Source of the DNA: Gaiellaceae bacterium | GTDB lineage: Bacteria > Actinomycetota > Thermoleophilia > Gaiellales > Gaiellaceae | Length of the DNA: 64,000 nt | Assembly (NCBI GenBank): GCA_051955535.1 | Contig: JBQCGP010000085.1 | Coordinates: 19,361 to 83,360, forward strand | Reading direction: 5' to 3' | Shown here: piece by piece, positions 10,003-17,954 of the stretch | Numbering within the stretch: position 1 is the stretch's first letter | Layout of the letters: each line of letters opens with the position of its first letter | The notes under the pieces: model-generated | What the model was told of the DNA's origin: nothing | Databases searched by the model: none | Seen by the model: only the letters and a program-made list of their open reading frames with translations | Program-made: the position numbers and the translations under genes

Positions 10003-10263
10003 ATGGAAAGGTTGAGGATTCACCCTCGGAGCCGCGAGTCGGCGCAGGGGATGCTCGCCGCGCTCGCTGGGTTCCACGCTGAACTGCTGGAGAGCGCCGA
10101 GGGATACGAGATCGTTGTGACCCTCGGCATGGACGGATGGGGCGACCACGAGATCGTGGCGTTGCTGAATGCGCTTGAGCAGTACGTAACCGCTTGCGCG
10201 AACGGTCCGGCTCGGCTCGAACTCGGCGGACGCAGTTATGTCATGCGCCCCAAGGAAGGATGA
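10003..10263 (+). CDS. hypothetical small protein
   Basis: 86-aa ORF from an ATG preceded by GGGGATGAG. No family recognised. Confidence 0.4.
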   Translation: MERLRIHPRSRESAQGMLAALAGFHAELLESAEGYEIVVTLGMDGWGDHEIVALLNALEQYVTACANGPARLELGGRSYVMRPKEG

Positions 10264-10565
10264 CTACACAGCCTTCGGAGAGGCGAGGACGGGGGTAAGC
10301 GGCAGAGGCCGGCGCTGATCCCGCTTGGCGCCGCCGGCAAGGCGTTGCGAGTGAGCGCGAGCCGCCGCAGGGCATACGTTCAACTGGGGGCCGAGAGGAT
10401 GGGAAGCGCGCCGCGCTCGTCCCGCCGCTCGGCCCCCTAAAGGCTGGTCCCTAAGTCGAGCCTTCTTGTCGTTAGCTGATTCGACGATCGTGATCCCGGC
10501 GCCCCTCCCGCACCCGCTCTAGGCTCCCTACTCCTGCCTGATCGTCATGGCGTCAGCTTGAGCCG

Positions 10566-11600
10566 CTATGGGGCTAGCCATTCGAGCCGCAGAGCTCCGT
10601 CTGCGCCATTGCGGCCGTTCAGCGGCGCGAAACACGGTCCGCCGACTCCTCCCTCGCCATACAGGAACCCAAGGCCTCCCGCTGCGCCGGAGCAAGCGAA
10701 ATTAGCCACCTGGCCCGTTCGTCCGGAGGCGCGCTCGAGCCCTGGCCCACCACCTATGCTGCTCGCGACACCGCCGAAACCGCCTGGGCCCCCGTTGGAC
10801 CCAACTCCGCCGCCACTGCCACCCCCGGCGTTGAATGTTGTCGCACCGCAGGTGATTGTCGTGTTCCCACCGTCAGTGGCGGCAGCACTCGAGGTGCCGC
10901 CCGAACCGCCGGCTCCGACAGTGATAGCGCAGATGTCGCCGGCAGAGACCGAGAGCAGGCCGTCGGCGTATGCGCCCGAGCCACCCCCGCCTCCACCCCC
11001 GCCTCCACCAGCCGGAGAGAGGGTGGCGCCAGCCCCCCCGCCACCGCCCGCGCCGTAGAGCGAAGCGCTCAGCTGCGAGACACCACTTGGGACCACGAAC
11101 GCAGACGTCCCCGCCGAGTCGAATAGTTGCTCGGAGATCGACGGCTCTGTCGACGGTCCTGGTGGCCCCTGCACGCCGGCGTCTCCCTTCGGACCCTGCG
11201 CTCCCGTGTCGCCCTTCGGCCCTTGCGCTCCGGCATCGCCCTTCGGCCCCGGAGCTCCGGCGTCGCCCTTCGGCCCCTGCGGTCCGGGGACGCCGGTGTT
11301 GCCCTTGAGTCCGCTGCTGCCGGTCGTACCTTTCGGCCCGCGGGGTCCAGGCGCCCCGCGCGCGCCCTTGATGCTCCAGGAGATTTTTTGCCCGCCGTCC
11401 GGGCACTTGGCGCTGGCCGACGAGAGGCTGAGCTCGTTGCGCTCAACGCCGCCCAGGACACATGCATACAGACGGCTTGAAGACGCCGCATGTCCGGTGA
11501 ACCCGCCCGTGGCGGCATACGAGACGCCGGCCGCGACTGCGACCGCGACGGCGACTGCGGCAAACGCCGTCCACGCACGAGCCAGCAGCAAATCCTTCAT
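10566..11600 (-). CDS. secreted collagen-like (GXY) repeat protein with C-terminal glycine-rich domain
   Basis: AGGAGG RBS. Signal peptide ([15 protein letters not shown]), about 23 GXY triplets ([10 protein letters not shown]...[13 protein letters not shown]), then a Gly-rich domain ([11 protein letters not shown]...[10 protein letters not shown]...[10 protein letters not shown]) of the kind seen in phage tail-fibre-like proteins. Confidence 0.8.
   Translation of the reverse strand: MKDLLLARAWTAFAAVAVAVAVAAGVSYAATGGFTGHAASSSRLYACVLGGVERNELSLSSASAKCPDGGQKISWSIKGARGAPGPRGPKGTTGSSGLKGNTGVPGPQGPKGDAGAPGPKGDAGAQGPKGDTGAQGPKGDAGVQGPPGPSTEPSISEQLFDSAGTSAFVVPSGVSQLSASLYGAGGGGGAGATLSPAGGGGGGGGGGSGAYADGLLSVSAGDICAITVGAGGSGGTSSAAATDGGNTTITCGATTFNAGGGSGGGVGSNGGPGGFGGVASSIGGGPGLERASGRTGQVANFACSGAAGGLGFLYGEGGVGGPCFAPLNGRNGADGALRLEWLAP
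11150..11355 (-). repeat. in-frame GXY triplet / 27-bp tandem repeats inside the collagen-like gene
   Basis: [38 protein letters not shown], with nearly identical 27-nt units. Confidence 0.8.
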
Positions 11601-11795
11601 GCTGACCTCCTCGGTTTTGAGACCCTTGGCCTCTCCCTTGCGTTGGGCCGGTGAGGCTCGACGGGCCGAACCCCCTCGGCCGCCGCCGACCTTACGCCTC
11701 GTATCGGCACCGGTTCAAGCCCCAAGGCTTCAGGGAGGGTGACCGTGACGGGCCGGAGGATGGGAAGCGCCGCGGCCTCGTCCCGCCGCCCGTCC

Positions 11796-12461
11796 TTACA
11801 CAACCTGCTCCTGAACAAAACGAGGTGCGGGCGAAAAGAGTCCCCGCATCGCGTCGGCGAGCCAGGAGCGTCGCTCGCGAACAAAGTTCCCGGAGAGTTT
11901 CTGGCCGAGCCAGGCGGCCTCCTCCGAGTTGACGTAGAAGCCTCTGCCAGGCGCGGCACGATGGGCGAGAAAATTGCGAACAGCAGCCCATGCCCTGAAG
12001 TCGTTGCTCCCGGTCGTGGCGGTGATGACTTTCGCCAACTCCTCGGTCTGGAAGCGAAGGGCATAGAGGCGAGCGACCGTCCGCGGCGCGACTTGCCGAG
12101 GATCGGTTTTCGGGTCGAACGTTCGCGCGTCGATCATCGCGCCCACGAAGTAGAAGCCGTAGTAGAAGCACTCGATACAGCTCAGTCCTTCCACGAAGAA
12201 CGAGAACAGCAGTTGCTCTTGGCGATACCGCTCGGGCGGTGGAGGAGCGGTGCTCTCATCGAGTGACCGGGCCAACTCCTCGCCGTGCTCGTCGAAGGCC
12301 TTGTACCGATAGAGGATTCCGTTGCAGGCGCCAGCCCACTCTGTCCACTCGGGGCTTTGTCGTCTCGCCTCGCTCGGGTCACTCAGATGACTGTGGATCG
12401 CTTCAAGCTCTGCGAGCGGGAAGTCGTCTGGCATCTCAAGAGCGAAGCGCTGCGAGTGCAT
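11796..12461 (-). CDS. hypothetical protein with C-terminal HEPN-like RNxxxH motif
   Basis: 221-aa ORF starting at an ATG, predicted mostly helical. R162-N-F-L-A-H167 (11961-11978) fits the Rx4-6H HEPN signature. No adjacent partner gene. Confidence 0.6.
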   Translation of the reverse strand: MHSQRFALEMPDDFPLAELEAIHSHLSDPSEARRQSPEWTEWAGACNGILYRYKAFDEHGEELARSLDESTAPPPPERYRQEQLLFSFFVEGLSCIECFYYGFYFVGAMIDARTFDPKTDPRQVAPRTVARLYALRFQTEELAKVITATTGSNDFRAWAAVRNFLAHRAAPGRGFYVNSEEAAWLGQKLSGNFVRERRSWLADAMRGLFSPAPRFVQEQVV

Positions 12462-12808
12462 CGGCGGGCAAGGCTACTTCCCCGTTTCCAAACCGTTTCC
12501 AAAGACGAGCGTGCAAGAAGCTCTGCAAAGTCCTTGAACAAGAGAGTCCGCCGTTTGCAGCGGGCTCCTCGATGCGGCTGCTCTAAGAACTCGCCGATCC
12601 CGCTGGCCAAGCCGGATCCGCGCTAAGCCGCTGCCGTCGTACTACCGCTGCTCAGCGGCTCCCAGTGGTGCGGATACGCACAAGTTCGGCGCCGAGGCGG
12701 CTCTTGCGCCCCGACCGCCGCCACGAAGTCCACGAAGCCTTCCTCGCCCTCGCCTGCTGCTGATCTGCTGCCGGGGGCAACTCGAGAACTCCTTGAGTTA
12801 CGTGCCAC

Positions 12809-14743
12809 CTAGACCCTGCGGCCTCGGCTGACGATTAGGTTGATCTTCGAGTCGGCCGGCAGCACCCTTCCAGGCCGGCGGCTTTGGGAGATGACGATGC
12901 CCTTCTTGCGCTTGCGCGAATTGGCGTGGCCCACCTTGCCGGTGCGGCAGTTCCTCTTTGCGATCGTGCGCTTGGCGGAGGCAAGCGGCTTCCCCACCAC
13001 GGTCGGCACCCTGCACGGCGTGCGCGCGATGGAGAAGGTTCGCGAGACCTCAGGCGCGGGGTTGTAGTTCACGTCGCCCGGCTGTGAAGCGGTCACCGTG
13101 CACATGCCAGCCCCTGTCAAATGCACCCTCCCATCACTCACGGTGCACTTCCCGCTCCCCGCGAAGGAGACCGGCAGGCCCGAGGACGCCGTCGCGCTGA
13201 CGCTGAAGTCCGGGGCGCCGTAGGTCTTGTGCGCGAGCGAGCCGAAGGCAATCGACTGGCCTGCCTTCCCGATCGCAAACGTCCCCAAAACGTCCGGCGC
13301 CGGGTTGTAGTTCCCATCACCCGCCTGCGAAGCCGTGATCGTGCACGAACCAGCGCCCGTCAGGTGCAACGTCGCACCGGTGAGCGTGCAGCTCCCGCTT
13401 GCGGCGAAGGAGACCGCCAGGCCCGAGGACGCTCTCGCGCTCACGCTGAAGTCAGGGGCGCCGTACGTCGTGTCCGCCAGCGGACCGATGGTGATCGTTT
13501 GGCTCGCCTTCGTGATCGCGAAGCTCTGCGAGACATCGAGCGCGGCCGCATAGTTCGAGTCGCCCGGCTGCGAGGCGGTCACCGTACAAGAACCCGCGCC
13601 GGAGATGTGAACGCTCGCAGCGCTGATGGTGCAGCTCCCGCTCGCGGAGAAGGAGACCGCCAGGCCCGAAGTGGCCGCCGCCGAGACTGCAAAGTCCGGG
13701 TCGCCGAACGTTTTGTTCGCGAGTGCGCCGAACGTAATCGTCTGGCAAGCCTTCCCAAGCGCCAGGCTATGGAAGCTGCCAGCGGCGATCGCGGTTACGT
13801 CGCAGAGGCCGCTCGGCACGTTGCATTGCCCGAAGTCACGATTGATGCCGTTATCGGAGCCGCAGCCCCAGGCGATCACGCTGCCGTCCTGCCTTAGGGC
13901 GAGGCTGTAGTCCTCGCCGGCGGCGATCGCCGTCACGCCGCTGGCAGCCGCAGTTGGGACGGTGCACTGCCCGTAATCGGCGTCGCCGCAGCCCCAAGCG
14001 AGGACGCTGCCGTCCTGCTTGAGGGCGAGGCTATGACGGAGGGCCGCCGCAATCGCCGTCACGCCGCTGGTCGCCCCGGCCGGGACGGCGCATTGCCCAG
14101 CATTGAAGCCGCAGCCCCAGGCGATCACGCTGCCGTCCTGCTTCAGGGCGAGGTTGTGGTAATCACCGGCGGCAATCTCGGTCACGCCGCTCGACGCGGC
14201 GGCCGGGACGGTGCACTGCCCGTAATTGGTTCCGCCGCCGCAGCCCCAGGCGATCACGCTGCCGTCCTGCTTCAGGGCGAGGCTGTGGAAGGCGCCGGCG
14301 TCGATCGCCGTCACGCCACTGCCAGCCGCGGCCGGCACGGTGCACTCCCCGAAATCGGTTCCGCCGCCGCAGCCCCAGGCGATCACGCTGCCGTCCTGCT
14401 TAAGGGCAAGGCTTTGGTAGAAGTTAGCCGCGATCGCCGTAACGCCACTGGTGGCGGCGGCGGGGACGGTGCACTGCCCGTAATCGTTGAAGGGCGGGCA
14501 GCCCCAGGCCAGCACGCTGCCGTCCTGTTTTAGGGCGAGGCTGTGGACGACGCCGGCCGCGATCGCCGTCACATCGGTAGTCGCCGCGGCCGGGACGGTG
14601 CACTGACCCGCATCGCCACCCATGCTGCAGCCCCAGGCGACAACGGTGCCGGTCGTCGCCGCCTCCGCAGCGCCTGGCGCGAAGAGCGGCCCGACACTCA
14701 ACAGGGCCAGGGCGCAGAGTCGAAGGGACGGCCTCGGTCTCAT
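12809..14743 (-). CDS. secreted RCC1-like beta-propeller / 3x Ig-like / PASTA domain protein
   Basis: Signal peptide MRPRPSLRLCALALLSVGPLFAPGAAEA. Seven repeats of about 43 aa (AWGC...GQCTVPAAA.SGVTAIAAG..HSLALKQDGSV.). Three repeats of about 82 aa (QTITFG.LA.KTYGAPDFSVSA.ASSGL.VSF.ASGSCT...). PASTA-like C-terminus (VPTVVGKPLASAKRTIAKRNCRTGKV...). Confidence 0.8.
   Translation of the reverse strand: MRPRPSLRLCALALLSVGPLFAPGAAEAATTGTVVAWGCSMGGDAGQCTVPAAATTDVTAIAAGVVHSLALKQDGSVLAWGCPPFNDYGQCTVPAAATSGVTAIAANFYQSLALKQDGSVIAWGCGGGTDFGECTVPAAAGSGVTAIDAGAFHSLALKQDGSVIAWGCGGGTNYGQCTVPAAASSGVTEIAAGDYHNLALKQDGSVIAWGCGFNAGQCAVPAGATSGVTAIAAALRHSLALKQDGSVLAWGCGDADYGQCTVPTAAASGVTAIAAGEDYSLALRQDGSVIAWGCGSDNGINRDFGQCNVPSGLCDVTAIAAGSFHSLALGKACQTITFGALANKTFGDPDFAVSAAATSGLAVSFSASGSCTISAASVHISGAGSCTVTASQPGDSNYAAALDVSQSFAITKASQTITIGPLADTTYGAPDFSVSARASSGLAVSFAASGSCTLTGATLHLTGAGSCTITASQAGDGNYNPAPDVLGTFAIGKAGQSIAFGSLAHKTYGAPDFSVSATASSGLPVSFAGSGKCTVSDGRVHLTGAGMCTVTASQPGDVNYNPAPEVSRTFSIARTPCRVPTVVGKPLASAKRTIAKRNCRTGKVGHANSRKRKKGIVISQSRRPGRVLPADSKINLIVSRGRRV
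13025..13785 (-). repeat. three tandem ~245-bp coding repeats (Ig-like domains)
   Basis: A recurring ...CGCCCGGCTG(C/T)GA(A/G)GC(G/C)GT(C/G)A(C/T)CGT(G/A)CA... block at about 13075, 13318 and 13560. Coordinates are approximate. Confidence 0.6.
13850..14740 (-). repeat. seven tandem ~128-bp coding repeats (RCC1-like blades)
   Basis: GCAGCCCCAGGCGATCACGCTGCCGTCCTGCTTCAGGGCGAGG recurs at about 13861, 13989, 14113, 14241, 14371, 14499 and 14629. Confidence 0.7.
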
Positions 14744-14945
14744 CGACACCTTGATCTCCCGCTCCTTTCCCCGACCCAGGTAGAGAGCGCTCTCCGCGCT
14801 ATGAGGTGGTGAGATCCAACCCAAGATTCTCCTCCCTCCCCCGACGGAAAACAAGCGGTCTCGCCGCGCTTCCTGCTCGCCTTTCTCGCCGTCGCCTGCC
14901 CGCATCACCCATTCCTTTTCCGCCAGCCGTGGCTAGCCTCGTCGC

Positions 14946-15131
14946 GTGGAGTACCCCCAGGTCAAGCACGCCCACATCGTCCTGCGGGCCTACCTCGTCA
15001 ACTTCGCCGACGAGCAGAAGCGGCTGACGATGCGACTCGTCGGTAGTACCGATTCCACGTCCGTCCATCTTGAGTCCATTGATCGGCGCCGGCTCGAGGT
15101 TCAGAATCGGTGCGCGAGCCGGCGTATTTAG
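14946..15131 (+). pseudogene. possible N-terminal stub of a DUF4238-like gene
   Basis: The 61-aa ORF KHAHIVLRAYLVNFADEQKRLTMRLVG resembles the HHYVPxFYLxxFa..g.l start of DUF4238 proteins, then terminates. It lies in the divergent intergenic region. Confidence 0.3.
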
Positions 15132-15145
15132 CAGGAGGCAGGCCA

Positions 15146-17254
15146 ATGATTCTCGAGGACGCGAAGCGCATTGCCGTTGTCGCCGCCGCGGGCATAGCAC
15201 TCGCCGTCTTCGCCACCGGGGCCGCCGGCACCGGGGCGCGCGACCCGTCGTTCGCGTCGGGCTCGCCGATTGCGGGCAGCCTCTTCGCGGTCGCGGACTT
15301 CAACCGAGACGGCCAGCCCGACCTCGCCGTCACGAGATCAAACGGGATCGCGATCCTGCTCGGTGGCCCCGGGGACGGGTTCACCGCCCGCCCGAGCGTG
15401 TCACCGAAGACGAGCCACCCTCCCACGGTCGCGGACTTCAACGGCGACGGCATCCCCGACCTCGCCGCGCAGAGCGCCTCGCGCGAGCTCACCGTCCTGC
15501 TCGGCGACGGCAAGGGCGGATTCGCCGCGGCGTCGGGATCGCCCACCAACGTTGGCGTTCCCTCGGCGATCGCCGACTTCGACGGCGACGGCAAGGCCGA
15601 CCTCCTGGCGAGCGCGGGCAGCGGCAAGCTGACCGTTCTGCTCGGTGATGGCTCGGGTCGCTTCACGGCGGCTCCCGCGTCACCGTTCGCAAGCGGCAGC
15701 ACGGAGCCATCGTCCGTCGCGGTGGCCGACTTCAACCGTGACGGCAAGCCCGACCTGGCCGTCGGCGGCGGCTATGACGCAAAGTACCTCCTAATCCTGT
15801 TTGGCAGCGGCGATGGACGCTTCGGCGCGCCGACGAGGATCCCGCTACCGGAGAGCGACGCGTCCGCGCTCGCCGTCGCCGACTTCAACCGCGACAGCAA
15901 GGCGGACCTCGCCGCCTACACGAGCTACAACTACGGGTTGACGATCCTCCTCGGTGACGGACGCGGCAGCTTCCGCCGGGCCTCCCACTTCCAGGCGATC
16001 GGGCAAGGAGGGGACGCGGCGGAAGTCGCAGTGGCCGATCTCCACGACAACGGCGTAGCCGACCTCGCCGTCGCCGCTGCGGAAGGCGGCGAAGTCGCCG
16101 TCTGGCTCGGGAACGGCAGGGGCGGCTTCCACCCGGCTGGCGAGTCGCCGCTGCCTATCCTCGGCGACGGTGAGATCGCCACTGGAGACTTCAACGGCGA
16201 CCGGAGAGTCGACCTCGTCCTATCGAACGCGCACGGCGTGACGATCCTCTTCCAGACCCGGTCCACGCCGGCGGTTAGGCGGAGCCGCACGCCAGGAGGT
16301 GGGCCGGATGCTGTGTTGTCCGTGCCGCAACCGGTCGATGACGTCGCAGCGGACGGGAGCCGCGCCACAACGTGCTCCGAGGGCCGGGGCTCCGAGGGCC
16401 GAGTCATCGTCTGGCAAGCAGGCGAGCGGAGGTCAGTAAGCCTAAAGACGGCGGGCTACTGCGCCGCGCCGGGGCTTGGCGGCGGGCAGCTGGCCTGGAT
16501 CTTCGACTCCTCCGGCAACACGCGGGAGGGAGAGGAGCTGTACGTCTTTCGCCCCTCAGGCGGCAAGGGCAAATCCATCGACTCAACGGATCGCAACCGA
16601 GCTCAGGGATGTAGCGCATGCGCCGGCAGCTATCTCGGGAACCTCCACGGCGGCGGGTCCCTGCTTGCGTACAACCGGTGGTTCTGCGGCAAGACGGATC
16701 CCGCCACCGGCGAGTGCGAGCAGGCCAGCAAGCAGCGGCTCGTGCGCATCGTCGAAGGCCGGCCCGTGGTCGTGAGACGAGGCAACGACGCATACCCGCT
16801 TAGAGCCGTCGGCGGCGGTCGGATGGCAGTCGTGTCCGACGGCGCGGTCGCGGTACTCGCCGCCCACGGCTCCCGCGTCGCCAGGGTCGCCGCCCTCGGG
16901 GGGCAGGCCACGCGCGCCGTCGCGCTCTCGAAGACACGGCTCGCGGTCCAGCGGACGTTCGCCCTCGACCTCTACGCCGCCGCGAGCGGCAGGAAGCTTA
17001 AGTCCCTGCCGCTCGGCCCTGCCGCGGGCCTCGAGCTAGTGGGTCTAGGCAAGAAGCTCGCACTACTGAAGGGACGGCACCGGCTTGTCCTCGTTCGCCT
17101 GAGCGACGGCAAGCTCGTCTCGCTTCCGCTGCACGGCGTGATCGGCGCGACGCTGACCGAGGCCGGACTTTTCTACGCGTACAACACCTCCAAAGGGGCG
17201 ATGAAAGGGCACGTCGTCTTTGAGCCGACCGCGAAGCTGCTCCGCCGCTTCTGA
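15146..17254 (+). CDS. FG-GAP/VCBS repeat (integrin-alpha-like propeller) secreted protein with ~300-aa C-terminal domain
   Basis: AGGAGG RBS and signal peptide. Seven or more repeats of ADFNRDGxPDLAV / ADFNGDGIPDLAA / ADFDGDGKADLLA. Confidence 0.85.
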   Translation: MILEDAKRIAVVAAAGIALAVFATGAAGTGARDPSFASGSPIAGSLFAVADFNRDGQPDLAVTRSNGIAILLGGPGDGFTARPSVSPKTSHPPTVADFNGDGIPDLAAQSASRELTVLLGDGKGGFAAASGSPTNVGVPSAIADFDGDGKADLLASAGSGKLTVLLGDGSGRFTAAPASPFASGSTEPSSVAVADFNRDGKPDLAVGGGYDAKYLLILFGSGDGRFGAPTRIPLPESDASALAVADFNRDSKADLAAYTSYNYGLTILLGDGRGSFRRASHFQAIGQGGDAAEVAVADLHDNGVADLAVAAAEGGEVAVWLGNGRGGFHPAGESPLPILGDGEIATGDFNGDRRVDLVLSNAHGVTILFQTRSTPAVRRSRTPGGGPDAVLSVPQPVDDVAADGSRATTCSEGRGSEGRVIVWQAGERRSVSLKTAGYCAAPGLGGGQLAWIFDSSGNTREGEELYVFRPSGGKGKSIDSTDRNRAQGCSACAGSYLGNLHGGGSLLAYNRWFCGKTDPATGECEQASKQRLVRIVEGRPVVVRRGNDAYPLRAVGGGRMAVVSDGAVAVLAAHGSRVARVAALGGQATRAVALSKTRLAVQRTFALDLYAAASGRKLKSLPLGPAAGLELVGLGKKLALLKGRHRLVLVRLSDGKLVSLPLHGVIGATLTEAGLFYAYNTSKGAMKGHVVFEPTAKLLRRF

Positions 17255-17389
17255 GGCTGTCGGCGCCGTCGGCGCGGGGTCTACGTGGGTCGACGCGGTT
17301 GTCGTTTTATGTCTTCGGCCGCCACTCGCGCGCCGGCTTTTCTTCTGCTGATGCGGCCTGGGCGACTCGCCCCGCCTCCCAAGGAAGAC

Positions 17390-17762
17390 TCAAAGGGGCA
17401 TGCCGAACCGCATGACCTCCCGCCAGCTTGAAGCTTGTCCTAGAAGTCGCGGACTCGGATGTAGATGTCGCTCGGTTCGCGCAGCGTGCCGACGCTTCCG
17501 ATGTAAGACATCCGGGAGGCCGATCCTTTCCTCCAGGACGGCATAGAGCTCTTCGCCGTCCATCAACACCATGCTGGCGCCGACTCTCGAGTGCGTTGTC
17601 ACCGCCGCATCTGTGAAGCCGTTGATCGCCGCGAACAGACCGAGTGTGGTCTTGAGCTTGCTGCGGATCTTGCCGTCGAAGTCACGCAAGGCGGCTGGTT
17701 CGACCGGGTCGAGTTGCCAGCGCGCCTCGAGCAGGTAGTCGGAGTTCTCGAAGCTGAAGGCA
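17390..17762 (-). pseudogene. Mrr-like restriction-endonuclease C-terminal fragment (N-terminally truncated, EAK->EAR)
   Basis: FSFENSDYLLEARWQLDPVEPAALRDFDGKIRSKLKTTLGLFAAINGFTDAAV...MVLMDGEELYAVLE matches the (D)...E-x-K nuclease core plus the downstream helix of Mrr_cat-type effectors. The reading frame upstream of about 17762 is unrelated Arg/Pro-rich sequence. Confidence 0.5.
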
Positions 17763-17763
17763 T

Positions 17764-17880
17764 GTGATCGCCGAGCAACTCGGTCATCGTGACGCGAGGC
17801 TCGTACTTCAGCGCTACGGACACCTGTATCCAGGTGCCTCGCGGCAGGCGGCGGTTGACCTCGACCTGTATTTGCAGGCC
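17764..17880 (+). pseudogene. tyrosine recombinase (phage integrase) C-terminal ~38-codon remnant
   Basis: IAEQLGHRDARLVLQRYGHLYPGASRQAAVDLD is the conserved LGH...RYxH(L/V) box carrying the catalytic Tyr. An in-frame stop lies just upstream (17755-17757). The fragment points toward the tRNA 3' end. Confidence 0.6.
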
Positions 17881-17954
17881 GTCGGCGTGGGGCAGGCGTG
17901 GGGCGAAGGTGGGTCCGGCGATGAGCCTTCCGAAGAAGGCCCTGCAAATGAGGA

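Noticed and set aside
10558-11058. Proline-rich 166-aa ORF on the plus strand.
   Set aside because: It is the antisense reading of the Gly-rich (GGN) part of the collagen-like gene, where GGN read backwards gives NCC = Pro. It has no start context.
11150-14740. Regular short tandem repeats that could be mistaken for CRISPR or satellite arrays.
   Set aside because: All are in-frame coding repeats (GXY triplets, RCC1-like blades, Ig-like domains) with no unique spacers and no cas genes. I found no CRISPR array anywhere in the window.
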